A stretch of DNA of 64,000 nucleotides. Origin: an uncultured Chloroflexia bacterium. Lineage in GTDB: Bacteria; Chloroflexota; Anaerolineae; CG2-30-64-16. How positions within the stretch are numbered: the stretch's first letter is position 1; each line of letters opens with the position of its first letter. Made by a program: the position numbers and the translations under genes. The stretch covers positions 256,001-320,000 of the forward strand of contig CAVZDU010000007.1 of assembly GCA_963774265.1 (NCBI GenBank). The letters run 5' to 3'. Of this stretch, positions 12,033-23,869 are shown in pieces. Below the pieces are notes generated by a model, which was not told the DNA's origin, did no database searches, and worked only from the letters and a program-made list of their open reading frames with translations.

Positions 12033-13836
12033 ATGAAAGTCATGTTGGTCTTCCCGCCACAGTGGACGCCGGCGATGCCGCACCTGGCATTGCCGGTCCT
12101 CACATCGGCGCTCCGCGGCCAGGGTGTGGAGGTCATCCAGCGCGATCTGAACCTCGAAACCTATGAGACGGTCTTGACCCGCGCGTATCTCGAGCAGGCT
12201 CTTGAGCGTCTCAAGGCGCTTAATGGGGGCGCAAGCCGTTCGCACGGGCAGGGGCGAGAGCAATCGATCTCCGAGCGACTGCGGTGGGCATGGGAGGAGG
12301 GTCCAGCGCTGGCCGCGCAGGTCGAAGGGGCTGTGGCGGTCTTCCGCAGTCCGGCGTATTACGATGGGGAGAGGAGCCTGGAGGCGTTTCTGGTTATCGC
12401 AGGGGCGCTGGAACTGGCTTCGCTGCCCTACCTTCCCCGCGCGTCTCGATCTCCTGAGCTACGAGCCAGCTTCGCCGGTGGATGGCAGCCGGCAGCTATT
12501 GCAGGTGGCGCGCGACCCAGGGCGCAACATGTTCCTGGACATCTTCAGCGGCATTCTGCCGGACATTGTCCGCGAGCAACCTGCTATCGTCGGCATCTCG
12601 ATTCCCACCCGGGCCCAGATGTTGGCGGCGGCGACGCTCGCGTATCTGATCAAGCAGTCGGGCCTGGATTGCCACATCACCGTGGGCGGACCGCACATCA
12701 CCATGTTGCGCGAGCAGCTTCCGCGGGTGCCCGCCCTATTCGATCTGTTCGACAGTGCGGTGCTGTTTGAGGGCGAGGAGCCGCTGCTGCGGCTGGCCGA
12801 ATCGCTGGACGGGCACGGAGATATGGCCCAGGTGCCAAATCTGGTTTGGCGGGATGGGGGACAGGTGCGCGTGAATAGCGGAGGGTCCGGCCCGCGGTTG
12901 AAACCGTGGTCTGATACAGTGGCAAAACCCGCTGAAGCGGGTTCTGCGGATGGAGAATTCCGTCTTCCCGACTTCGACGGCCTGCCGCTGGACCGGTACC
13001 TGGCGCCCGAACTGGTGTTGCCGCTCATCACATCGCACGGCTGTTATCACGGCCGTTGCGCCTTCTGCAATGTGGGATACGGGACGGGCCGTGGATTCCA
13101 TGCCCTGCCGGCTGAGCAGGTCCTCGAGCAGATCAACGCCCTGCGCACGAAGTACGGCGTGCGTCACATCTTCTTCGCCGACGAAGCCATCCCCCCAGCC
13201 ACGCTGCGCCTGCTTTCGGAGGGACTCGCAGCGCAAGGTGGGCCGGTCGCCTGGTGCGGATGCGCGCGGTTCGACCGCGCGCTCTCGGAGCCGTTGCTGA
13301 CGCGCATGGCTGCCGGCGGCTGCCGGATGCTGCTCTTCGGCTTGGAGACGGCTTCGGAGCGCATGATCCGGCACATGATCAAGGGTACTCAGGCTCAGAC
13401 TATGAGCCAAATCTTGCGCGCAGGCGCCCGGGCCGGTATCTGGAATCACACATTCTTCTTCTTTGGCTTTCCCACGGAGACCATGCAAGACGCGCAAGAG
13501 ACGGTGAACTTCCTCTACGCTCATCAAGACGCACTGCACTCAGCATCGCCCGGCGTGTTTGTCCTCGAGCGCTATTCGCCGGTTCATTCCGACCCCGCGA
13601 GGTTCGGCGTCAAGCGCGTGGTGGACTCGCCCGATCAGGACCTGGCGATCTATTTCGATTACGAGCTTGAGACAGGATTGGACGAAGACATGGCGCGCAC
13701 CGTCGTCGACCGACTGTTGGATGTCCTGCCTGCCAAACGGTACGGGCAGTACTATCTCCATGACGTGAATCGCTTTCTGTACGCCAGTCACCTGCATGCT
13801 GAAGGCAGGCCTTTTCCAATCTGGCTGGGCGATTGA
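12033..13836 (+). CDS. B12-binding radical SAM protein (one frameshift)
   Basis: Cobalamin-binding-type N-terminus (VFPPQW..PHLALPVL, VGISI, VGGPHIT, EGEEPL), the Cys triad GCYHGRCAFC, then FFADE, GLETAS and FFGFPTET. Confidence 0.88.
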
Positions 13837-13860
13837 TTGAAGACTGAAGATTGAAGATTG
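13837..13860 (+). repeat. Heptamer tandem repeat (YTGAAGA)n at a gene junction
   Basis: TTGAAGA CTGAAGA TTGAAGA TTG between the stop at 13836 and the ATG at 13866. Confidence 0.75.
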
Positions 13861-13865
13861 TCGAC

Positions 13866-15890
13866 ATGAGCGGCGAAGACGGATACGAGCTATGGTTGCG
13901 TTACCGCCGGGTAGATGACCCGGAACTGCTGGAGCAATACCGCTCCGCGGTGGGCCGCGCGACAGTGCTCGGGTCAGGCGTGACATCCGCGATCATACGG
14001 AGCGAATTGGCGCTGGCGCTGCCTGGCCTACTGGGCAACCCCGTGCCCATCCCCAGAGAACCGGCCGGCAATGTCCTGGTCGTGGGTACGGCTGATGAGC
14101 TTGCGGCCGAGGGCGTCCCGCTATCGGACGCGGAGCGCGATCGCCTGGGCGAGGAAGGGTTTCTGATCCGTTCGCATCAGGCCGGGAGCAACCGCAGGAC
14201 TCTCATCACCGGGAACTCCGGGCCGGCTGTGTTGACGGGCGTCTTTCATTTTCTGCGGCTGCTCCAGAAACGTCAGGACATTCACGCCCTCGACCTCTTC
14301 AGTCGTCCCCGGATTCGGAGGCGCATCCTCACTCACTGGGACAATCTCGACGGCACTATCGAGCGCGGCTACGCCGGGCGGTCGCTGTGGAACTGGGATG
14401 AGTTGCCGGCGAAGCTTGACCCGCGGTACCACGACTATGCCCGCGCGTGTGCCTCCATCGGCATCAACGGCACATGCCTGACCAACGTCAACGCCGACGC
14501 CAGGAGTCTGACAGCTGAGTACCTGGAGAAAACCGCTGCATTGGCCGATGTGTTCCGGCCCTACGGTATCCGTATCTATCTGTCACCGGATTTCGCCGCG
14601 CCGATCCGGCTCGGTGATTTGGACACGAGCGACCCGCGCGACGCGTCCGTGGCCGCATGGTGGCAGCGCAAGGTAGACGAGATCTACCGCTTGATCCCGG
14701 ATTTCGGCGGCTTCCAGGTCAAGGCGAATTCGGAAGGGCAGTCGGGTCCGCAGGACTACGGCGCAAACCATGACGATGGCGCCAACATGCTCGCCGATGC
14801 TCTGGCGCCGCACGGTGGCATCGTGCTTTGGCGCGCCTTTGTCTACGACGCGGCCATCGACGCGGACAGGGCCAAATGTGCGTACAAGGAATTCGTGCCG
14901 CTGGATGGCAAGTTCCGGTCGAACGTCCTCGTGCAGGCGAAGAACGGCCCGATTGATTTTCAGCCGCGAGAGCCGTTCCACCCGCTCTTCGGCGCCATGA
15001 GGCAGACACCCCTGGCGCTGGAGCTGCAGATCACGCAGGAATACCTTGGCCAGTCGGTTCACCTGGTTTACCTTGGCGGCATGTGGAAGGAGGTCCTGGA
15101 CTCGGACACCTACGCCGAGGGGCCCGGCTCTACGGTCGCCCAGGTCGTAGATGGTTCGCTGTACGATCACCCTGACTCGTGTATCATCGGTGTCGCCAAC
15201 ACCGGCTCGGATCGCAACTGGTGCGGCCATCACTTCGCACAGGCCAACTGGTACGCCTTCGGCCGCCTGGCTTGGGATCCTGGGCTGAGCGCCGAGGCGA
15301 TTGCCGACGAGTGGATCCGCATGACCTGGTCGAACGACCAGCCCGTGGTGGACGCGATCAAGACGATGATGCTCGGCTCCTGGGAGGCCTGCATCAACAC
15401 TATGACCCCGCTGGGCCTGCATCACCTGATGCAGGAGGGCCATCACTACGGGCCCGACCCGGCCTTCAACGGCGCCAAGCGCGTGGACTGGAACAACGTG
15501 TATTTCCATCGGGCGGATAAGAGTGGGCTGGGCTTTGACCGCAGCAGCCGCGGCAGCAATGCGGTGGGCCAGTATCACAGTCCCCTGCGGGAGCGCTTCG
15601 ATGACATGGATACCTGCCCGGAGGAACTTTTGCTGTGGTTCCATCACGTGCCCTGGGATCATCGACTCCGATCCGGCCAGACGCTCTGGCAGGAGCTGCA
15701 GCATCGCTACGATGCTGGCGTTGCCTCTGTCGAGAGGATGCGCGACATCTGGCAGGAGCTGGAGGGTCGAGTTGATCCCCAGCGCCACGAGCACGTCAGC
15801 CGGCGGCTGGAACAGCAGCTGGACAACGCTCGCTTGTGGCGCAAGACCTGCATTGACTACTTTGGCCAGTTTGTGGGAGGAGTACGATGA
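13866..15890 (+). CDS. aguA: Alpha-glucuronidase (GH67)
   Basis: EDGYELWLRY, HWDNLDGTIERGYAG, KANSEGQ, VLWRAFVY, KNGPIDFQPREP, ELQITQEYLGQ. Intact frame with no signal peptide. Confidence 0.95.
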   Translation: MSGEDGYELWLRYRRVDDPELLEQYRSAVGRATVLGSGVTSAIIRSELALALPGLLGNPVPIPREPAGNVLVVGTADELAAEGVPLSDAERDRLGEEGFLIRSHQAGSNRRTLITGNSGPAVLTGVFHFLRLLQKRQDIHALDLFSRPRIRRRILTHWDNLDGTIERGYAGRSLWNWDELPAKLDPRYHDYARACASIGINGTCLTNVNADARSLTAEYLEKTAALADVFRPYGIRIYLSPDFAAPIRLGDLDTSDPRDASVAAWWQRKVDEIYRLIPDFGGFQVKANSEGQSGPQDYGANHDDGANMLADALAPHGGIVLWRAFVYDAAIDADRAKCAYKEFVPLDGKFRSNVLVQAKNGPIDFQPREPFHPLFGAMRQTPLALELQITQEYLGQSVHLVYLGGMWKEVLDSDTYAEGPGSTVAQVVDGSLYDHPDSCIIGVANTGSDRNWCGHHFAQANWYAFGRLAWDPGLSAEAIADEWIRMTWSNDQPVVDAIKTMMLGSWEACINTMTPLGLHHLMQEGHHYGPDPAFNGAKRVDWNNVYFHRADKSGLGFDRSSRGSNAVGQYHSPLRERFDDMDTCPEELLLWFHHVPWDHRLRSGQTLWQELQHRYDAGVASVERMRDIWQELEGRVDPQRHEHVSRRLEQQLDNARLWRKTCIDYFGQFVGGVR

Positions 15891-15941
15891 TCGTGCTGTC
15901 TACATATCCGAAGTCGGTCAGCTCGAATAAGGAACAGACAA

Positions 15942-17348
15942 ATGGGTAAGGCCATCAAGATCGGCATCATCGGTGCAGGCAGCGCCCAGTTCTCGCTGGG
16001 CCTTGTCAAGGACCTCTGCCTGACCGAGAGCCTGGCGCGGCAGCCACATCACCTTCATGGACATTGATGAGACCGGCTGGACATGATCTACAAGCTGGCG
16101 ACCAGGTATGCCAGCCAGCTGGGGGCGGACCTGACCTTCGACACCACGACGGACCGCCCGGCAGCGCTGCAGGACGCCGACTTCGTCGTCAACACCGCCT
16201 ACGTCCTCGGCCACGTCGTCGAGGCCAGGATGCGCGACCTGGCCGCCGAGAAGTACGGCTACTACCACTCCGGCGGAGCTTCGGCGCCTACCACCAGCTG
16301 CGCCTGATGCTGGACGTGGCCCACGACATGGAGCGCATCTGCCCGGATGCCTGGCTGATCCAGTCGGGCAACCCGGTCTTCGACGGCTGCACGCTGATGA
16401 CCCGCGAGACCGGCATCAAGGTGTGCGGGCTGTGCCACGGCCACTACGACTATGAGGAGATCGCCCGGACCATCGGCATCGACCCGGCGAAGGTGACCTG
16501 GCAGGCGCCGGGCGTGAACCACAACATCTGGCTGACCCACTTCATCTATGAGGGCAAGGACGCCTACCCGCTGATCGACGAGTGGATCGCGACCAAGGGC
16601 GAGGAGTACTGGCGCACGCACGTCGCCGAGCGCACGCACGACGCGCAGATGTCGCGCGGCGCCGTGCACCAGTATCACATGTACGGCCTGTTCCCCATCG
16701 GCGACACCGTGCGGCATCGCCGTGGTGGTGGTATCACACCGACCGAATCGCCACCAAGAAGCGCTGGTTCGGCGAGCCGTGGGGCGGGCCGGATACGCAC
16801 CTGGCGCGTCCCTTCTTCGTGTCGCAGCTGGAGGAGCGCATCGCGGAGATGACCGCTGGGCCGAAGATCCCAAGGCCGACCTGACCCAGCTCGTGGCACG
16901 CGAGAGACCCACGAGCAGCAGGTGCCCATCATGGACGGGCTGATCAACAACAACGAGGGCTACTTCCAGGTCAACGTGCCCAACCACGGCGCGCTGCCGG
17001 GCATCCCGGACGACGTCGTGGTCGAGGTGCCCGCGATCGTCAACCAGAAGGGCATCCAGCCGCTGCGCGTGGGCAGCCTGCCGCCCAAGATCATGCTCGA
17101 GTGCATCCTGCCCGACTGGCTGGACATGGAACGCGAGCTGCTGGCCTTCAAGACCGGCGACCGGTCCATGCAGTTGTTCGAGATGCTGAGCAACCACCAG
17201 ACGCGCGACCTACGATGCGGCCGTGGCCCTGCTGGACGAGCTGATCCACCTGCCCGAGGTCGACAGAGGTCGAAGCCTGGGAGCAGATGGAGCGGATTCA
17301 GGACGCCTACACGTACGCCACGCCAGTCTCAACTGGCCGCCAATATGA
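15942..17348 (+). CDS. Family 4 glycoside hydrolase (NAD+-dependent alpha-glucosidase/glucuronidase-like, frameshifted)
   Basis: IGIIGAGSAQF Rossmann motif, ALQDADFVVNTA, QSGNPVFDG, GLCHGH, GVNHNIWL, NVPNHGALPGIPDDVVVEVPA. The 3' end is inferred from an ATGA overlap. Confidence 0.88.
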
Positions 17349-17876
17349 GACTGGCCGCGCTGCTGTTCGACCTGGGGGATACCATCATGGTCGAGGAGAC
17401 GGAGGTCAAGGACACCGAGGGCACGACGCTGAGGGCTGAGCTGGCGCCGGGCATGGCGGAGGTGCTGCGGGATTTCAAGGCCATGGGTCACCGGCTGGCG
17501 CTCGTGGCCGACAGCCGGCCGCATACGCCCGAGAACGTGCTGCGCCAACACGGGCTCTTTGAGTCTGTTCGAAACGTTGGCCATCTCGGAGGTTGTTGGC
17601 GCCAGCAAGCCCGATCCGAGACTCTTCCGCGCCGCACTGGATGCGCTGGCCATCCCGGAGAGGGACTACGGCCGCGTGGTCATGGTGGGCAACAATCTGG
17701 AGCGGGACATCGCCGGGGCCAACCGGCTCGGCCTGATCTCGATTTTCTTTCACCTGAACGACCGGCGGCGGACGAATCCGGTTGCGACCGATGAGGTCCC
17801 TTGCTACACGGTTGCTACGGCCGCGGAGCTGAGCGACCTTATCGCCTATCTGGACAGTCGAGGAGATATCCCATGA
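17345..17876 (+). CDS. HAD-family hydrolase (frameshifted)
   Basis: LLFDLGDTI, SKPDPRLF, MVGNNLERDIAGANRLG. Confidence 0.85.
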
Positions 17877-19030
17877 CAGTCGGACAAACCTGGCCTGCTG
17901 AGTGGCGGCAGTTCAGCGATCCCGTCACCGGCGCTAAGATTACGCAGCTGACCGACTACAAGTGCCACAGCCACCATCTGTACTTTACAAACCCCGGCTG
18001 GTACGCGGGCGGCCGGAAGCTGCTGATTGGCTCGGATCGGGGCAACCGCACGAATCTGTATGGGGTGGATCTGCTGGACGGCAGCCTGACGCAACTCACC
18101 GACCTGCCGGAGTTGACCGGCAAGCGGACCCTGCACAATACCAGCAAGAACCCGGTGCGAGAGGAAGCCTATCTGTGGGTCAACCGCGTTCTGATGGCGC
18201 TGGACCTGGAAACGCTAGAAATGCGCGCGCTGTACCGTGCGCCGGACGGCTTCACCACTTCGATGACCAACGCAACCGCGGACGGGCGTTACGTGATGAC
18301 CGCGCTGGTTGAGGACTTGTCGCATCGCTTCCGGGTCAACATGGATCACGGCTACATCGGCTTCCACGAATACTGGGAAGCGCACCCGCTTTCACGCGTG
18401 ATCCGCGTCTCGATCGAAACAGGAGAAATGAACGTGGTCTGGAAGGAGCGGTCGTGGATCGGCCACATCAACACGTCGCCTACGCAGCCTCATCTGCTGA
18501 CTTTCTGCCACGAAGGGCCGTGGGGCCTGGTGGACAACCGTATCTGGGGATTGGATCTGGGTACGGGCCGGGCGTGGAAGATCCGTCCCACCGCGGCGGA
18601 CGAACAGGTTGGCCACGAATACTGGTTCACGGACGGCCTCCATATCGGATATCACGGCCGCCGCGGCGGGCAGACGATCTATGGCAGCATCCGCTACGAC
18701 AACACGGAGCAGGTGGAGGCGCCGTTCCCGGTCAAGCGCTCGTGGCACTTCAGCTCCCTTGCGCTGGATCTGATCGTGGGCGACGGTGACGTCGAGGAAC
18801 CTTATCTGCTGCTCTGGCGCTTCAGCGCGGGCGCCTTCGAGGGGCCGCGCATCCTGGCTTACCACCGCGGCTCGTTCCATGTGCAAATCGTGCACGTGCA
18901 TCCGGCTTTCAGCCCTGATGGCAAGCAGGTGCTGTATACCTGTGATCCGGATGGATACGGCCAGGTGTACCTGGTCGATGTGCCTGATTTCGAGTCTCTG
19001 GGAATCGAGGGAGTCTCGAAGGAGGGTTAG
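17873..19030 (+). CDS. ogl: Oligogalacturonate lyase family protein (PL22)
   Basis: DPVTGAKITQLT, HHLYF, FCHEGPW..VDNRIW, GHEYW, HVHPAFSPDGKQVLY. Confidence 0.88.
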   Translation: MTVGQTWPAEWRQFSDPVTGAKITQLTDYKCHSHHLYFTNPGWYAGGRKLLIGSDRGNRTNLYGVDLLDGSLTQLTDLPELTGKRTLHNTSKNPVREEAYLWVNRVLMALDLETLEMRALYRAPDGFTTSMTNATADGRYVMTALVEDLSHRFRVNMDHGYIGFHEYWEAHPLSRVIRVSIETGEMNVVWKERSWIGHINTSPTQPHLLTFCHEGPWGLVDNRIWGLDLGTGRAWKIRPTAADEQVGHEYWFTDGLHIGYHGRRGGQTIYGSIRYDNTEQVEAPFPVKRSWHFSSLALDLIVGDGDVEEPYLLLWRFSAGAFEGPRILAYHRGSFHVQIVHVHPAFSPDGKQVLYTCDPDGYGQVYLVDVPDFESLGIEGVSKEG

Positions 19031-19032
19031 CG

Positions 19033-20581
19033 ATGGCAGTGCGTCTCGTGGATTTGGCGCCTGCGGCACAGGACCTGCTGGAGCGTTCGGTCGCGTGGAT
19101 GGATCGCTATTGGGATACGGAGCGCGGACTTCTCTGGGACATGGGTGAGGTCGCTGATCCGGACGGGAGCGCCCATTGCCCCTCCCACATCGTGCGCGAG
19201 AGCGCGTGGTACGCCTTGGGCCTGCTGATGCGCGATCGCACCGGCGACGCCGACCGCGCGGTGCAAGCACTCGAGGCCATTTTGCCCCACCAATTCGATG
19301 AGCCTGGCAAGGTTTACCACGGCACCTTCTATCGCGCGCCGGAGGAGTCGCATCCTCCAGAGCCAGCCATCGAGTGGAAACACTATGATCCCAACTGGCG
19401 CGAGTTCATCATCACCGCGATCGCAGTGATCCTGAGCGAATACGAGGAGAGCCTGCCACGGCCGCTGATCGACAAGATTGACGCAGCCATCCGCAAAGCT
19501 GTCGAGGGAGCGCTCGCGCGGCACTTGACGGCCCGCTACACCAATATCGCCCTGATGGACGCGCAGATGCTGGTTTATGCTGGCGACCGCCTGGGGGAGC
19601 ACCCCTGGATCGAGGCTGGCGAGGCGATGGGGCGCGAGGTGCACCGTCTGTTCAAGCTGCACGATGCCTTCGAGGAGTACAACTCACCCACGTACTACGG
19701 GACAGACGTCTACGCGCTTGGGCTGTGGCAGGCCTACTGCCCTTCGCCGCAGTTGCAACAGATGGGCGCAGAGATGGAGGAGGTGCTCTGGCGGGATATT
19801 GCCCGGTTCTACCATGCCGGCTTGAGAAACGTGGCCGGCCCCTACGACAGAGTCCTACGGGATGGACATGCGCTGCTATGTGGCCCTTCTCGGCGAGTGG
19901 ATCTGGCTGGTCACCGGGCGGGAGAACGCGCCGTTTCCCGATGTGAACGGCAGTTTGGCACACGCGGCCGATTTCTGCTTTGGCCCGTTGGTTGCCGTGC
20001 TCGGGTCGCGGGTGCCTGCGGACGTCATCCCGCATTTCACAGCCTTTCAGGGCGAGCACTGCGTCGAGCACATCATTGGCGATTCCCCCCTCCGAACTGC
20101 CACAGCATGGCTGGACGAGTGGGTCATGATCGGCGCGGAATACACTTCCTTGCGAAATATTGGCCAAAGTCAATTTCATCCTGCGACGATCCATTGGCGT
20201 GCGGGCCTCGGGCGAAACGGCTGGGCACGGCTGATGGCCACGCAGCCGGTGAATGCCGTCGCCAGCCCTCATCGGCTGGTGGTCACCAGTTCAGGGCAAC
20301 TGGATTTTCTGATAGCTTACCCCGCAGTTCCTGGAATTGGGGCGCCTCAGAATGACGAGACGCTGCCGCTAATTCGGGCGGCCAGCCTGAAGCCCGATCA
20401 CTGGCAGCTGCCGGGATTGGAAGTTCGGGTCGAGGCCTCAGCGCCCGGCGTCGTCGAAGAGGTCGACGGCGAGAAGGTGCTGGTTCGATATACTCCCGCC
20501 AGGGAGCACCCCCATGGGGAGCATTCCGCAGGGAAAGACGGGCAGGCAGTGCGGATTGTGCTGGACCTGTCGATTAAGTGA
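19033..20581 (+). CDS. Uncharacterised conserved protein, possibly lyase-like (one frameshift)
   Basis: ORFs 19033..20355 and 19862..20581 joined. Motifs VRESAWYALGLL, DPNWREFI, EYNSPTYYG, AGPYDR. GGAGGG RBS. Confidence 0.7.
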
Positions 20582-20608
20582 GCGTTGTTCAAGAAGGGAT
20601 CGGACATC

Positions 20609-21636
20609 GTGCTATCACAACCACCGCTTCGTTTTTCGGCCATCGGTTTGAACCACGGCCACATCTATGGGCAAACTGACATCTTGCTGGAAGCGGGCGC
20701 CCAGTTGGTCTCGTACTATGCCGTCGAGCCGGAGCTGGCCGCGTGCCTACGGCAAGCAGTACCCCCAGGCCGCCTGCGCCGCGAGCGCGGAGGAGATTCT
20801 GGAAGACCAGAGCATCCAGCTCATCATCAACGCCGGCATCCCGTGCGAGCGTGCGCCGCTCGGCATCCGCGCGATGCAGCTCGGCAAGGACTACATGACC
20901 GACAAGCCCGGCATGACGACCTTCGCCCAGTTGGAGGAGGTGCGCCGGATCCAGGCCGAGACGGGGCGCATATACTCCGTGGATTTCAGCGAGCGGTTTC
21001 ACGTGCGCTCGGCCGTCAAGGCGGGCGAGTTGATCCAGGACGGCGCCATCGGCCAAGTGCTCCAGGTGGTCATCCTGGCGCCTCACCATCGACGGTTTGC
21101 GACTCGCCCTGCCTGGTACTTCGAGCGTGAGAAGTACGGCGGCATCCTGGTGGACATCGGCTCCCACCAGTTCGACCAGGTTCTTTTCTACACGGGTTCA
21201 GATCGTGCGGAGATCGTCGCGTCCCAGATCGGCAATCTGCACCACCCCGAGTATCCTGAGTTCGAGGACTTCGGCGATGCCCTCGTCAGGGGCAACGGCG
21301 GCCTCGGCTACGTTCGGGTGGATTGGTTCACGCCCGACGGACTCGGCACGTGGGGTGACGGGCGGCTTTTCATCCTCGGGACGGATGGCTATATCGAAGC
21401 CCGCAAGTACTGCGATATCGCCGGGCGGCCCGGCGGCGATCACCTGTTCCTGGTGGATCGGGACAGCGCACAGCACATTGATTGTCGGAGACGTGGCGCT
21501 GACATACGGCCGGCAGCTCATCGAGGACATTCGAAATCGCACCGAGACTGCCATGACGCATGCGCATTGCTTTCTGGCGTCTGAGCTGGCCCTCGAGGCC
21601 GAGGCCAAGGCGGCCAGATTGGGGCATCTCCGATGA
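20609..21636 (+). CDS. Gfo/Idh/MocA oxidoreductase (frameshifted)
   Basis: AIGLNHGHIYG, GKDYMTDKPG, GGILVDIGSHQ, VDWFTPDGLGTWGDGR. Confidence 0.9.
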
Positions 21637-22726
21637 CGGGTCTTCGTTCCTTTGGGGGCAGCCCCAGAATTCGCGTTGCGGTGGTTGGAGGCGGCATCGG
21701 CCGGGCTCACCTGACCGCCTATCGGGCTCTGCCTGACTTGTTTGAGGTTGTCGCGGTATGTGACATTGATCCGGTTCGTGCGAACGGCCTGGCCGAGACC
21801 TTCGACGTCCCACACGTCACCAGCTCGCTGGATGAGCTGTGCGGAAGGGAAGATCTCGATGTCATTGACATCTGCACGCCGCCGAATCTTCACGTAGCCC
21901 ACACGCTGCAGGTGCTCGCTGCGGGTAAGCACGCGGTGTGCGAGAAGCCGGTGAGCCGCCTCCCTCGCGGCCTCGACCAGTTGGCGGAGGCGGAGCTGCG
22001 TTCCGGCCGCTGCGTGATGCCTATCTTCAACTACCGTTTCGGTGTCGGGGTGCAGAAGTTGCGCCACCTGATCGCGACTGGGGATCGCCGGGCGCGCCTC
22101 ATCTCGGCACCATTGAGGTCGCCTGGCGGAGGCGTGCCGGTTATTATGATGTGCCGTGGCGCGGCCGCTGGGAGACGGAGCTGGGCGGCTGCATGACCGG
22201 TCACGCGATTCACTTTCTGGACTTGCTCATGGTCGTGCTCGGTCCCGTTCGCAGCGTCTTCGCGCGTACGGCAACCCTGGTCAATCCTATCGAGACCGAA
22301 GATTGCGGATCGGTTTCACTGGAGATGGCAAACGGTTCCCTGGCATCGGTCTCCGTAACACTGGGTTCGAGCGTCGAGATATCCAGGCAGCGCTATTGCT
22401 TTGCCAACCTGGTTGCAGAAAGCAACCTGGCGCCGTATGACAAGAACACGAGCGAGCCCTGGCAGTTCGTCGCGGACACGCCGGAGGTGGCGACGCAGAT
22501 GGATGCCGCGCTGGCGTCCATCGAGCCTGGACCCGAGGGTTTCGTGGGCCAGTTCGCGCGGTTTGGCGAGGCCCTCGCCGCCAACTCCGAGCTGCCGGTG
22601 ACACTGGCCGACGCCCGCCGGACGATAGAACTGCTTACGGCGATCTATGCTTCGGCACGGACCCATCGTGTCGCGGACCTGCCGATCGGTCCGGAACATC
22701 CACTGTATCGGGGCTGGCTGCCCTGA
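21633..22726 (+). CDS. Gfo/Idh/MocA oxidoreductase (frameshifted)
   Basis: VAVVGGGIG, DICTPPNLH, GKHAVCEKP, WRGRWETELGG, HAIHFLD. Confidence 0.9.
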
Positions 22727-22746
22727 GAAGCGCCGGGAGCAGAGGA

Positions 22747-23866
22747 ATGCAGTCATCTTGGTCGGTCCGCATGGCAGATTCGATGCTCCGGGGGTATCCT
22801 GTCGCGCTGATGCGCTGGCGCTACGAGGACGGGTTTCTGCTCAAAGCCATCGAGCAGGTCGGATTGCGGACCGGGGAGACCCACTACTGGCAGGCGGTCC
22901 TGGACTACGTGGATCGCTTCGTCGACCCAGACGGCGAGATCGTCACCTATCAGCGTAGCTGACTACAACCTTGACCAGGTTATGCCCGGCCGGCTGCTGT
23001 TTGGGGTCTACGGGGCTAACGGCGGGGAGCGATATCGGAGGGCGATCTATCGCCTGGCTGAGCAACTGCGCCTGCAACCGCGCACTCGCGCCGGCGGGTT
23101 CTGGCACAAGCTGATCTACCCGTACCAGATGTGGCTCGACGGCATCTACATGGGATGTCCGTTTCTACGCCCAATACGCTGCGACCTTTGATGAGCCAGC
23201 CGCGTTCGATGACGTCGTGCATCAGATCGTCACCATCGAGGAGCACACCCGCGATCCGGTGACCGGTTTGCTCTATCATGCCTGGGACGAGAGCCGGCAA
23301 CAGCGTTGGTCCGACTCCGTCACTGGATGGTCACCCCATTTCTGGTGTCGCGCGATGGGTTGGTACGTCATGGCCCTCGTGGATGTGCTGGATTATCTGC
23401 CCGCGGGCCATCCGGGCTCCGCATCGATCGTGAGTATCCTGGGGCGCACGCGGTGGAGGCATTGTTCGCTGTGCAGGACCCGGACACCGGCCTCTGGCGC
23501 CAGGTGCTCGATCAGGGGGATCGGCCCGGTAACTACCTGGAGGCTTCCGGCGCGTGCATGGTCGTCTACGCGATGGCCAAGGGCGTCCGCACCGGTCGTC
23601 TGCCGGGTTGTTGGCTGGATGTCGCGCGCCGGAGTTATCAGCAGATCGTCGAGCGCTTCGTGCAAGTGGATGAACAGGGCGAAACCCACCTGCATGGGAC
23701 CTGCGGCGTGGCCGGGCTGGGCGGCGACCCATACCGCGATGGCAGCTACGAGTACTATGTTGGCGAGAAGGTGGTGACAGACGAACCCAAAGGCGTGGGT
23801 GCCTTTATCCTGGCCTCGGTTGAGATGGAACGGGAACTCATGGCGGATCAGCAAGGGGCAGAGTGA
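22747..23866 (+). CDS. Unsaturated rhamnogalacturonyl hydrolase (GH105, YteR/YesR-like, frameshifted)
   Basis: YNLD, GGFWHKLIYPYQMWLDGIYMG, GLLYHAWDES, FWCRAMGW, NYLEASG, AGLGG..YRDGSYEYY. Confidence 0.9.
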
Positions 23867-23869
23867 GCC

